Part shown: positions 56,516 to 64,000 of the stretch, piece after piece
Layout: each line of letters opens with the position of its first letter
How positions within the stretch are numbered: the first letter of the stretch is position 1
Translations under genes and position numbers: made by a program
NCBI GenBank assembly: GCA_040219255.1
Contig: JAVJSW010000056.1
Coordinates: 32,001-96,000 of the forward strand
Reading direction: 5' to 3'
Length of the DNA: 64,000 nt
Origin: Sumerlaeia bacterium
GTDB taxonomy: Bacteria > Sumerlaeota > Sumerlaeia > SLMS01 > JAHLLQ01
The notes under the pieces: generated by a model
The model's database searches: none
What the model was told of the DNA's origin: nothing
Seen by the model: only the letters and a program-made list of their open reading frames with translations

Positions 56516-58663
56516 GTGACCGAACTCAGCGTCAACGTCGGCGAACCCGACGCCAAAGGCAAACGCATCTCCCCCTGGGCCTGGATTCCGACGATCAACT
56601 TCGCGTCCGGGATTCCCTTCGCCGTGGCTTCGCTGACGGCGGTTGCGGCCTACAAGACCTTGGGCAAGGGCAACGCGGAGATCGCGTTCTGGACCAGTCT
56701 GCTGTACCTGCCGTGGACGATCAAGCCGCTGTGGGGGCCGCTGGTGGAGAAGTACGGCACCAAGCGCAACTGGGCTCTCTGGATGCAGTTGGCGCTGGCC
56801 CTGGCCTTCGGCCTGACGGCGGTGGCGCTCCAGATGCCGTTCTGGTTCGCGATGTCTCTGGTGGGTCTGTTCGCCGTGGCGATCTGCAGCGCCACCCACG
56901 ACATCGCGGTCGACGGCCATTACCTGATGGCTTTGCGGGAAAATCAGCAGGCGTTCTTCGTCGGCATCCGGTCCACGTTCTATCGCGGCGCGATGCTGAC
57001 CGGAACGGGCGTGATGCCCCTGGTGGCGGGTTTGATCATCAACGCCACCGGGCCTGATCCGTACGTCAGCACAGTGAATGTCCAGGTCGCCCAGCAGGTT
57101 CAGTCACCCGGGGCGGCCATCGCGGAGGACGTGACCGATGTGGACACGCCGACGGACGTGCCAAGCGTAGCGCCCGACATCCACGAAGGCTCGACCGGTG
57201 TTCCCGCCGAAGTCTTCGAAGAATTCGCCGCCAGCGCCCAGACGGCGGGAACGGTCGACGGGATTCAGCTGCTGGTGGCGCCGCGTGACTTGACCATCGC
57301 GCCGGGCGAGAAGGGCACGCTGTACGTGCGGCTCTCAGCCCCCCCAGCAGAAAACGAAACGGTGGCGGTGATCACGGACTTCGACGAGGGCGACAAGGAA
57401 ATCACCTTGGCGGAAGGCGGCCGGCTCGAGTTTACCGCCGAGAACTGGGATCAGCCTCAAGCTTTCGAGGTCTCCGCCAAAGGCACCATTGCCAAGCCGA
57501 TGACGGCGACCTTCATCAGCCGGGCGGGCAACATTCCGCTGGCGTGGACGGTGGTCATCGCGGGCGCGGGCATTCTGTTTTTCCTCTTCTTCCTGTGGCA
57601 CAACGTGTTCTTCCCGCGCCCCCGGATGGACGTGGCGACGCCGAACCTGCCGCCGTTCTGGCGCCCGGCGTCGATCCTTCTGGCTTCCGTGCTGGGGCCG
57701 TTCATTCTCATCTATGTGGCCTACCGGTTACCGAACGACGTAGGAATTTCGGCCGCGCTGCAGACCGTCATGATCGGCGAAGATCCGACCAGCACGGCGG
57801 TGAAGGGCTTCGCATTCGCCTGGTCGGCGGTGCGATGGATTGTGATTCTCGGCATCATCGGCCTGCTGCTGATGCTGGCGCCGATCCGCAAGGCCACGGG
57901 GTCGTTTTACCTCAAGGCTTCCGAAGCCAGCGGTATCGGCTTCGCGGACGTGTTCGTTTCGTTCTTCAAGAAGAAGGGCATTCTGATCATGCTCTTCTAT
58001 CTGCTGCTTTACCGGTTGGGCGAGGCCCACATCGCCAAGCTGGCGACGCCGTTCCTGCTGGATACGCGGGACGAGGGCGGGGTGGCGCTGACGCTGTCGC
58101 AGTACGGTGTGCTGTATGGCACGTTAGGTATCGCGGCGCTGACGGTCGGCGGAATTCTGGGCGGGCTGTTGATTTCGAAGCTGGGGCTCAAACGCTGGCT
58201 GGTTTTCGCGCTGGCTCTGGCGATCAACGTTCCCAACCTCGCCTATGTGATTCTGGCGGCCATCCAGCCCCAGGGCGAGATCCTGATCGGGGCCTGCATC
58301 GTGACCGAGTACTTTGGCTACGGGCTCGGTTTCGCCGGCTATCTGATGTACATGATCTATGTGGCGCAGGGGCCCTACAAGACAGCGCACTACGCGCTGT
58401 GTACCGGGTTCATGGCGCTGGGCATGATGATTCCGGGGTTGTGGGCCGGTTTCCTCGAGGAACTGGTCGGCTACGTCTGGTTCTTCGTGATCGCGTGTTT
58501 GCTGACGATCCCGGGCATGGTGATGATCGCGTTCCTGCCCTTGGATGAAACGTTCGGCCGCAAGGCCAGCGGACCCGAGGACGAGTCCTCCCCGCCGATG
58601 ACCGGCGAACCCCTGGCGACGGACGCCGAGCCCAAGCCGGACGCGAAGAAGACCGAAGACTAA
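56516..58663 (+). CDS. ampG: AmpG-like MFS permease with inserted extracytoplasmic domain
   Basis: PWAWIPT..FASGIP, LPWTIKPLWGP, SATHDIAVDG.Y, FFVGIRSTFYR, YRLGEA, YKTAHYALCTGFMALGMM; about 715 aa, far longer than typical AmpG. GTG start chosen by RBS. Confidence 0.82.
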   Translation: MTELSVNVGEPDAKGKRISPWAWIPTINFASGIPFAVASLTAVAAYKTLGKGNAEIAFWTSLLYLPWTIKPLWGPLVEKYGTKRNWALWMQLALALAFGLTAVALQMPFWFAMSLVGLFAVAICSATHDIAVDGHYLMALRENQQAFFVGIRSTFYRGAMLTGTGVMPLVAGLIINATGPDPYVSTVNVQVAQQVQSPGAAIAEDVTDVDTPTDVPSVAPDIHEGSTGVPAEVFEEFAASAQTAGTVDGIQLLVAPRDLTIAPGEKGTLYVRLSAPPAENETVAVITDFDEGDKEITLAEGGRLEFTAENWDQPQAFEVSAKGTIAKPMTATFISRAGNIPLAWTVVIAGAGILFFLFFLWHNVFFPRPRMDVATPNLPPFWRPASILLASVLGPFILIYVAYRLPNDVGISAALQTVMIGEDPTSTAVKGFAFAWSAVRWIVILGIIGLLLMLAPIRKATGSFYLKASEASGIGFADVFVSFFKKKGILIMLFYLLLYRLGEAHIAKLATPFLLDTRDEGGVALTLSQYGVLYGTLGIAALTVGGILGGLLISKLGLKRWLVFALALAINVPNLAYVILAAIQPQGEILIGACIVTEYFGYGLGFAGYLMYMIYVAQGPYKTAHYALCTGFMALGMMIPGLWAGFLEELVGYVWFFVIACLLTIPGMVMIAFLPLDETFGRKASGPEDESSPPMTGEPLATDAEPKPDAKKTED

Positions 58664-58675
58664 GCTCCTTCACCC

Positions 58676-58701
58676 AGGCCTCCGGAAGCGGAGGCCTTTT
58701 T
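58676..58701 (+). terminator. Intrinsic terminator
   Basis: AGGCCTCCG GAAG CGGAGGCCT followed by TTTT, just after the ampG stop. Confidence 0.85.
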
Positions 58702-58867
58702 CATGGGTGGATATCTCCGGAGCGCCCCGAAATCTGCCGGAATTGCGGATTGACAGGCTGGCGGTGGCGAGCGATGGAAGTTCCTATTCCAATGTCATTG
58801 AAAAGCACGCGGGGCGAACTCCGCGCCTTCGAGGACCTTTTCTTTCTGGCGGAAGGACAGTGCAGGC

Positions 58868-59749
58868 ATGAGTAACTCCTTTAGCGAACATCTGGCGATC
58901 AGGATCATCTTCCGCTCTGTTCTCGGCTTCTTCATCTTTCTGGTGCTGGGGATGGTGTTCATCGCGGAGCATTCCAGCATCGGCTGGTGGTCGGTTCTGG
59001 TGGGGATTGGGGCGGTTTTCTTTTTGATCGCGGGAGCGCGGGCGTTGTTCGATCCCCAGACCATGCGCTACGACGCCGCGCTGGGGTTTGTGCCGAACGT
59101 GCTGGCGGACGCGCCGATTCGGCTGTTCAGCGTGGCGTTCGTCCTGGGCGGCGGCGGTGGGCTCGGGTATCTGATATACGATTTCCACATGGAGACGTCC
59201 AAGGTCGAGAAGTTCGCGATGGCCTGTCGGCCTTACTGTCAGCGGGATTTGCTCGTGCGCTATCATTGGGACGAGGGCGTACAGGTCACCAAGCCGCAAG
59301 AGACCATCAGGGATTATCTCTACGCACACTCGAGCGGGCTCTTCATCGAACCGAACGAGATCGATCGCCATCGCATCGAAGAGCAGGCCTACGAAGTGGT
59401 TTATCGGGCGCGGCAGTTGATCCTGAAGGAAGACGAGGCCACCGCCAAAGCCCGCATGGAGGGGCTGGATCCGAACATGGTGGCGATGATGGCCCAGACC
59501 TCGACAGCCAGCGACGAACCACTGCGAGCCCAAGGCCTGGAAGAGGTGAAGGCCACAGCCCTCGCCGAAGCTGACGCGCTGCTGGAAACCGCGAGCGAGC
59601 GCTGGCGCGCGGGCGACATCGCGGGGGCTCTGGAGGCGGCGAAGGCGGCGGGACGTATTCGCCGCGAGCACCTGGGCGACGGCCACCCGAAGGTGGAAGA
59701 GGTCAAGCGGATGGTCTTGGCGGCGCAGCAGCGCCTGGCTTCTCAATAA
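58868..59749 (+). CDS. Membrane protein with C-terminal TPR-like helix pair
   Basis: About 3 N-terminal TM segments; REHLGDGHPKV resembles the LGxxHP TPR motif; AAGGA RBS. Confidence 0.7.
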   Translation: MSNSFSEHLAIRIIFRSVLGFFIFLVLGMVFIAEHSSIGWWSVLVGIGAVFFLIAGARALFDPQTMRYDAALGFVPNVLADAPIRLFSVAFVLGGGGGLGYLIYDFHMETSKVEKFAMACRPYCQRDLLVRYHWDEGVQVTKPQETIRDYLYAHSSGLFIEPNEIDRHRIEEQAYEVVYRARQLILKEDEATAKARMEGLDPNMVAMMAQTSTASDEPLRAQGLEEVKATALAEADALLETASERWRAGDIAGALEAAKAAGRIRREHLGDGHPKVEEVKRMVLAAQQRLASQ

Positions 59750-61868
59750 CCCCGCCGGAGCCCCGGCGCCAGAAACCCTTCGCCCGCGCCAGGGCGGCGG
59801 AATCGCCGAGCTTTTTCCAGATCAGCAGCGCCCCCACCTGAAGCCCCCACGCCCACATCCAGATGGCGAAGAGCGTGGCCTCGCCGCCGAGACGCCAGTC
59901 GGCTTTCACCGTGCTGATGTAGGCGAAGGGGAACATGGCGAGGGCGAACCAGAGGGCGATCCATCGTCTGCGAGGGTCGAGCAGCAGCGCCAGCCCGCCC
60001 AGCAAACACGGCAGCATCAACCATTCGTGGCCCCCGAAAATCAACGTGCGGGGCGGACCCCAGACGAAGAGGTGCCAGTAGCCCTTCACGTGGCCGGCGA
60101 TGAGCTGGGGGATCGAGTGGTATTTGAGGAAATAGGCACCGGTGGAGACGGGCTCGCCAACGTAGGGATCGGCCAGCCACTCGGCCTCCGTGGCGGGAAA
60201 GCCCGGTTGGCCGATCATCTCGCGGTTCAGGTAATAGCGCGTGTGGACGGTGCTGCTGGCCATCGGGTCGCCGTCGCTCCATTCGGCGTTGAAGGCCAGA
60301 TGGGGCGCCAGCAGCAGGACGATCATGGCGGCGGCGGCGGCGATTTCTGCCCAGTGCCAGCGCCGGCGCCAAGCCTCCCAGGCCAGCAGCGGCACCACGA
60401 AGCTGATGGCGCTGAGCCGCGTCAGGATCATCGCCGCCCCGCCCAGGCCCCAGCCGAGAGCGCGGGTCCAGGCGCGCTCGGCCCATTCCCACCGCACCAG
60501 GATCAGCGCCGCCAGGATGGCTGTGGCCATGTCGAGGCGCAGGACGCGGACGCCCATCTCGGCCCAGGAGGGATTGAGGGCGAGGAAGATTCCGCTCGTT
60601 ACGCCGACGAACCAGCCGAAGACGCGCCAGCCGGTGGCGGCGATCAGGACGATGACTCCGGTGGAAATGAGCAGCGCCACGAAACGCGCGGCGGTCTGGG
60701 AATCGGGGCCGGGCAGGAGAGCATAGCCGAACCGGAGCAGCCAGGGGAAGAGGGGTTCGCGGAGCCAGGGGGCGAAGGTCTGTGCTGTGTCATAGAGGCC
60801 GCCGCCAGAGAGGGCGATCTGGACGAAGCCGCTGGCGTCCCAGCCCAGGGGCCGGCGGCGGTGGATTTCAAAGAAGTCCCAGCGGGCCGTCAGGGCCAGC
60901 AGACCGACCGCCGTGAGGGCGAGCAGGGTGGCGCAGCGGAGCCATTGCTCGCGCGAGAGGCCCAATTCACGCCCCGCCCGGCTGCCGATGCCTTGCGCGG
61001 AGAGTGCGCACAGCATTGCCGTCAGACCCGCCAGCGTCGTGGCGAAGGGGGCGAAACTGACATCCGTCGGAACGCCGGCGCGGCTGAGGATGAAGAAGCC
61101 GATGAAGCCTCCGCCGAGACCCAGGGCGGCACTGCGTTTCTCGCCCCAGCCGCGGTAGAGGCGCAGAAAGACCGCCAGCAGAAACGGCGTCAGGCCCAGG
61201 GCCAGGATGTCGGGGAATGCGGCGATCTTGTTGGCGGCGGAGCGGGCGATGTAGCCTTGGGCGCCGCGCAGGAGGGCGAAGTCCTCGCCGGCGCGGCCCG
61301 GGTCCGTGGGCTCAAGGCGAAGGGTGACGGTGCTGGCGGGGTCGAGGCCCTCGGGGAAGTCCTCGGGCGACAGGGCGTAAGGTTCGTCGGTATGGACGGG
61401 CCGCAGGAGCCGCGCACCGCGCAGGTCGCCAGTGACGCCGCGGCCAGAGAGGCGCAGGCCCCAGGCGGAATCGGGGGCGGCGGCCAGATCCAGCTCGCCG
61501 CTGTCCCAGGCGCCGGGCGGGATCTCGATTTCGAGAGCGTGTCCCGTGGTGCCGGGGGCGGGGGAAAGGCCCTGGGGATGGGTTTGCCACTCTCCGGCGA
61601 GGCGGAACGGATGGTTTGGGGAGAGGATTGGGGAGGGGACTTTTTCCTGAAAGACGAAGTCGGGGGCCGGAGTATCGCGCCAGGAGGCGGCGATGGCGCC
61701 GCCGAACATCCAGAGCAGGAGGGGGAGAAAGGCGAGCGTTATCCACAGGCGGGGCGGGAGGAGAGGCCCGAAGAAAGCGCCTTCGAAAGCGGAACGCTCT
61801 GGGGTGCGTTTTGATTTGGAGCGGCTTTTCCGGGACGGGGAGGAGCGCCGTGAGCGTTTTCTTGACAC
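59703..61868 (-). CDS. GT-C fold (GT39-like) membrane glycosyltransferase
   Basis: GWDASGF...REPLFP, LRLD, LTR, many TM segments, N-terminal extracytoplasmic domain. Confidence 0.65.
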   Translation of the reverse strand: MSRKRSRRSSPSRKSRSKSKRTPERSAFEGAFFGPLLPPRLWITLAFLPLLLWMFGGAIAASWRDTPAPDFVFQEKVPSPILSPNHPFRLAGEWQTHPQGLSPAPGTTGHALEIEIPPGAWDSGELDLAAAPDSAWGLRLSGRGVTGDLRGARLLRPVHTDEPYALSPEDFPEGLDPASTVTLRLEPTDPGRAGEDFALLRGAQGYIARSAANKIAAFPDILALGLTPFLLAVFLRLYRGWGEKRSAALGLGGGFIGFFILSRAGVPTDVSFAPFATTLAGLTAMLCALSAQGIGSRAGRELGLSREQWLRCATLLALTAVGLLALTARWDFFEIHRRRPLGWDASGFVQIALSGGGLYDTAQTFAPWLREPLFPWLLRFGYALLPGPDSQTAARFVALLISTGVIVLIAATGWRVFGWFVGVTSGIFLALNPSWAEMGVRVLRLDMATAILAALILVRWEWAERAWTRALGWGLGGAAMILTRLSAISFVVPLLAWEAWRRRWHWAEIAAAAAMIVLLLAPHLAFNAEWSDGDPMASSTVHTRYYLNREMIGQPGFPATEAEWLADPYVGEPVSTGAYFLKYHSIPQLIAGHVKGYWHLFVWGPPRTLIFGGHEWLMLPCLLGGLALLLDPRRRWIALWFALAMFPFAYISTVKADWRLGGEATLFAIWMWAWGLQVGALLIWKKLGDSAALARAKGFWRRGSGGVIEKPGAAAPPRPSA

Positions 61869-62044
61869 GCAAGCCTCGTAAGTGGGGAGTTTCCGCTTGT
61901 GAAGTCGCAGGCAATCGCCTCACGATTTCCGAAAGCACCGACGGAATGCGAATGTGAGGCCGAGGCGATCCAGCCTCTTTGGTGGCCGACCCTTCCGCCT
62001 GTGGCAGTACGGTGCAAGGCAAGAGAACAGACTAGGGACAGCGT

Positions 62045-62335
62045 ATGATGCCTAACTATGAAGAAGTTTTCACTAGGCGTTTTGGGGGCGGTAAGCGGAC
62101 TTACTACCTCGATGTGAAGAAGGACACCAATGGCGAGCGCTACATCGTCATCAGCGAGAGCACGCGTAAAGACGGCGATCGCAAGATGCGCAACCGCGTC
62201 ATGGTGTGGAAGGAAGACTTCGAGGCGCTGTTCGACTGCATGGCGGAGATGGAAGAGTTTCTCGGCCTGATCCCGGACGACGAGGAAGAAGAGCACGAGG
62301 AAGGCGACGAAGAAGAAGTCGTCCGCGCCTCCTGA
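62045..62335 (+). CDS. PUR/DUF3276 family single-stranded nucleic-acid-binding protein
   Basis: GKRTYYLDVK...GERYIVISES...RNRVMVWKEDF; acidic tail. Confidence 0.85.
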   Translation: MMPNYEEVFTRRFGGGKRTYYLDVKKDTNGERYIVISESTRKDGDRKMRNRVMVWKEDFEALFDCMAEMEEFLGLIPDDEEEEHEEGDEEEVVRAS

Positions 62336-62372
62336 TCCCGGCCGGGCCTCCCTGGCCCGGACCCACCGCGAT

Positions 62373-63179
62373 TTGACCCGGCCTCTTTTTCTGCTCACCG
62401 ACTTTGGCCTTTCCGACATCTACGTGGGTGTCATGAAGGCCGTCATCTGGCGCCTCGCTCCCGGGGTGCCCCTTTTCGATTTAACCCATGGCATCCCGCC
62501 CCAGGACCTGATGACGGCGGCGGTGGCCCTCGAAGACGCCTGGCCTTACCTGCCGATGGACGCGGTCATCTGCGCCGTCGTGGACCCGGGCGTGGGCACG
62601 GCCCGGAGGGCCATTGCGGTCGAGGTGGGCGGGCGGTTCCTGGTGGGGCCGGACAATGGGCTCTTCGGGCCCTTCCCGGCCCAGTTGGGCGCCACGGCCG
62701 AACTCGACCCGAACCGGTTGCTTCCGGGTCTTCGGCTCTCTGCCACATTTCATGGCCGCGACCTGTTCGCTCCCGCTTCTGCCATTCTGGCGCGGGGAGG
62801 CGGACTGGCGGAGATCGGTCATGACGCACCCCGGCCATGGCAGCCTTCGCCCATTCCCACCTCGGAAACGGACGACGAAGGCGCCGTGGTGCTGACGGTG
62901 GTTTCCCGCGATCGATTCGGCAACTGCGCCTTCAATCTGCGGAGGAGCGACCTGCCGGAGGAGCCTTCGGGACCTCGGGCGGCTGAAGTTCGCCTCGATC
63001 TCCCGGAAGCTCCGGTCCGGGGCCTCGCCGAGACCTTCGCCGATGCGGCCCCGGGCGACCCGGTGCTCTACTTCAATAGCGCCGGGCGGCTGGAATTGGC
63101 CGTGCGCAATGGCTCCGCGGCGGAGCGCTTTGGCTTGGCCGTGGGGGATCGGGCGCGCCTTTTCCTGGGCAATCCATAA
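62373..63179 (+). CDS. SAM hydroxide adenosyltransferase / chlorinase-fluorinase family (DUF62)
   Basis: LLTDFG..D.YVG.MK, VVDPGVGT.R, GPDNG, SATFHGRDLFAP, DRFGN, LELAV. Confidence 0.92.
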   Translation: MTRPLFLLTDFGLSDIYVGVMKAVIWRLAPGVPLFDLTHGIPPQDLMTAAVALEDAWPYLPMDAVICAVVDPGVGTARRAIAVEVGGRFLVGPDNGLFGPFPAQLGATAELDPNRLLPGLRLSATFHGRDLFAPASAILARGGGLAEIGHDAPRPWQPSPIPTSETDDEGAVVLTVVSRDRFGNCAFNLRRSDLPEEPSGPRAAEVRLDLPEAPVRGLAETFADAAPGDPVLYFNSAGRLELAVRNGSAAERFGLAVGDRARLFLGNP

Positions 63180-63280
63180 GCGGCCTTGCGCCGTGGGGTC
63201 CGATTTCGCTTGGGTGCCAGGACCCGGCGTGGTGACACCCGCGCCGGTCCGACTTTCCATACCCCCGATTTGTCCCGCCC

Positions 63281-64000
63281 GTGATCGTTTTCGAACAGAT
63301 TGACGCCATCGCCCTTCCCGCCGGCCGGCCCATCCATGTCGCCGTGGGGACTTTCGACGGGGTGCATCGGGGGCATCGGCAGTTGCTGCGGCGCATGGCC
63401 GAGCGCGCCCGCGACGAGGGCGGCCTGGCGGTGGTCTTCACGTTCCGCAACCATCCGCGCGCCGTGGTGGGGGATGGCCAGGCGCCGCCGCTGCTGACGC
63501 CCTGGCCGATGAAGCGGGCGCTGCTGGGTGAACTGCCCCTGGACGCGGTGGTGGGGATCGCCTTCGACCACGAGTTTTCCCGGACCGAGCCCGAGGATTT
63601 CGTGCGCGACGTGCTGATCGGCCGGTGCCGGGCAACGGCCATCGCCAGCGGGGCGGACTTCCGCTTTGGGCGTGGAGGCCGGGGCAACGCGGGGCTGCTG
63701 GCCCGGATGGCGGGGGAATGCGGCGTGGTGTACGAACCCTTTCCGCTGATTACGGACGAGGGTGGCCGCGTCAGCAGCACGCGAGCGCGGGCTCTGCTGG
63801 CGGAGGGGAATGCCGAGGGGGCGGCGGAGTTGCTCGGCCGGCCGCACCGGGTCCTGGGCCGGGTGGTCAGCGGCGACGCCCTGGGCCGCACCATTGGCTT
63901 TCCGACGGCGAATCTACGGGTCGATGGCGAAACGCTCTTGCCGGCCGATGGGGTCTACGCCGTGGGTGTGAGGCTGGCGGGCGAGGACGAGGCGCGGCCG
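63281..64000 (+). CDS. ribF: Riboflavin kinase / FAD synthetase, partial (runs off the window)
   Basis: GTFDGVHRGH, TFRNHP, GADFRFG, VSSTR, LLGRP, GRTIGFPTAN, P.DGVYAV. Confidence 0.95.
   Translation, partial: MIVFEQIDAIALPAGRPIHVAVGTFDGVHRGHRQLLRRMAERARDEGGLAVVFTFRNHPRAVVGDGQAPPLLTPWPMKRALLGELPLDAVVGIAFDHEFSRTEPEDFVRDVLIGRCRATAIASGADFRFGRGGRGNAGLLARMAGECGVVYEPFPLITDEGGRVSSTRARALLAEGNAEGAAELLGRPHRVLGRVVSGDALGRTIGFPTANLRVDGETLLPADGVYAVGVRLAGEDEARP

Noticed and set aside
62373-63179. Fluorinase/chlorinase as a halometabolite pathway
   Set aside because: Housekeeping context next to ribF and no biosynthetic genes nearby; the common SAM hydrolase (DUF62) role is more likely.

Overview
GC-rich bacterial chromosomal window with about 56 protein-coding genes. 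I saw no rRNA, tRNA, CRISPR array, integrase or transposase. The GspG-like pilin with LTTPxAY / SxGPD / YDPTNG motifs and a secreted protein ending in VxxWxxY suggest Candidatus Sumerlaeota (BRC1); this is inference from recalled family features. Core genes: acpP-fabF-rnc-rfbD, metK, a split complex I operon (nuoABCD-orf-EF, with a near-consensus Rex/CRP-type operator), a fused 2-oxoacid dehydrogenase E1, ruvC, pilC and ribF (partial). Accessory or unusual parts: (i) a lower-GC, translationally coupled HExxH metallopeptidase / small protein / atypical receiver trio; (ii) a LacI-linked sugar locus with GH66, a GH125-like enzyme, an ABC importer and a secreted protein with a Trp/Tyr tail; (iii) a mosaic surface-protein gene with a low-GC internal cassette; (iv) an AmpG-like permease with an inserted Ig-like domain; (v) dispersed inverted-repeat mini-elements with about 9-bp periodic arms; (vi) a parS-like site. 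All calls come from motif recognition by eye; no database searches were run.
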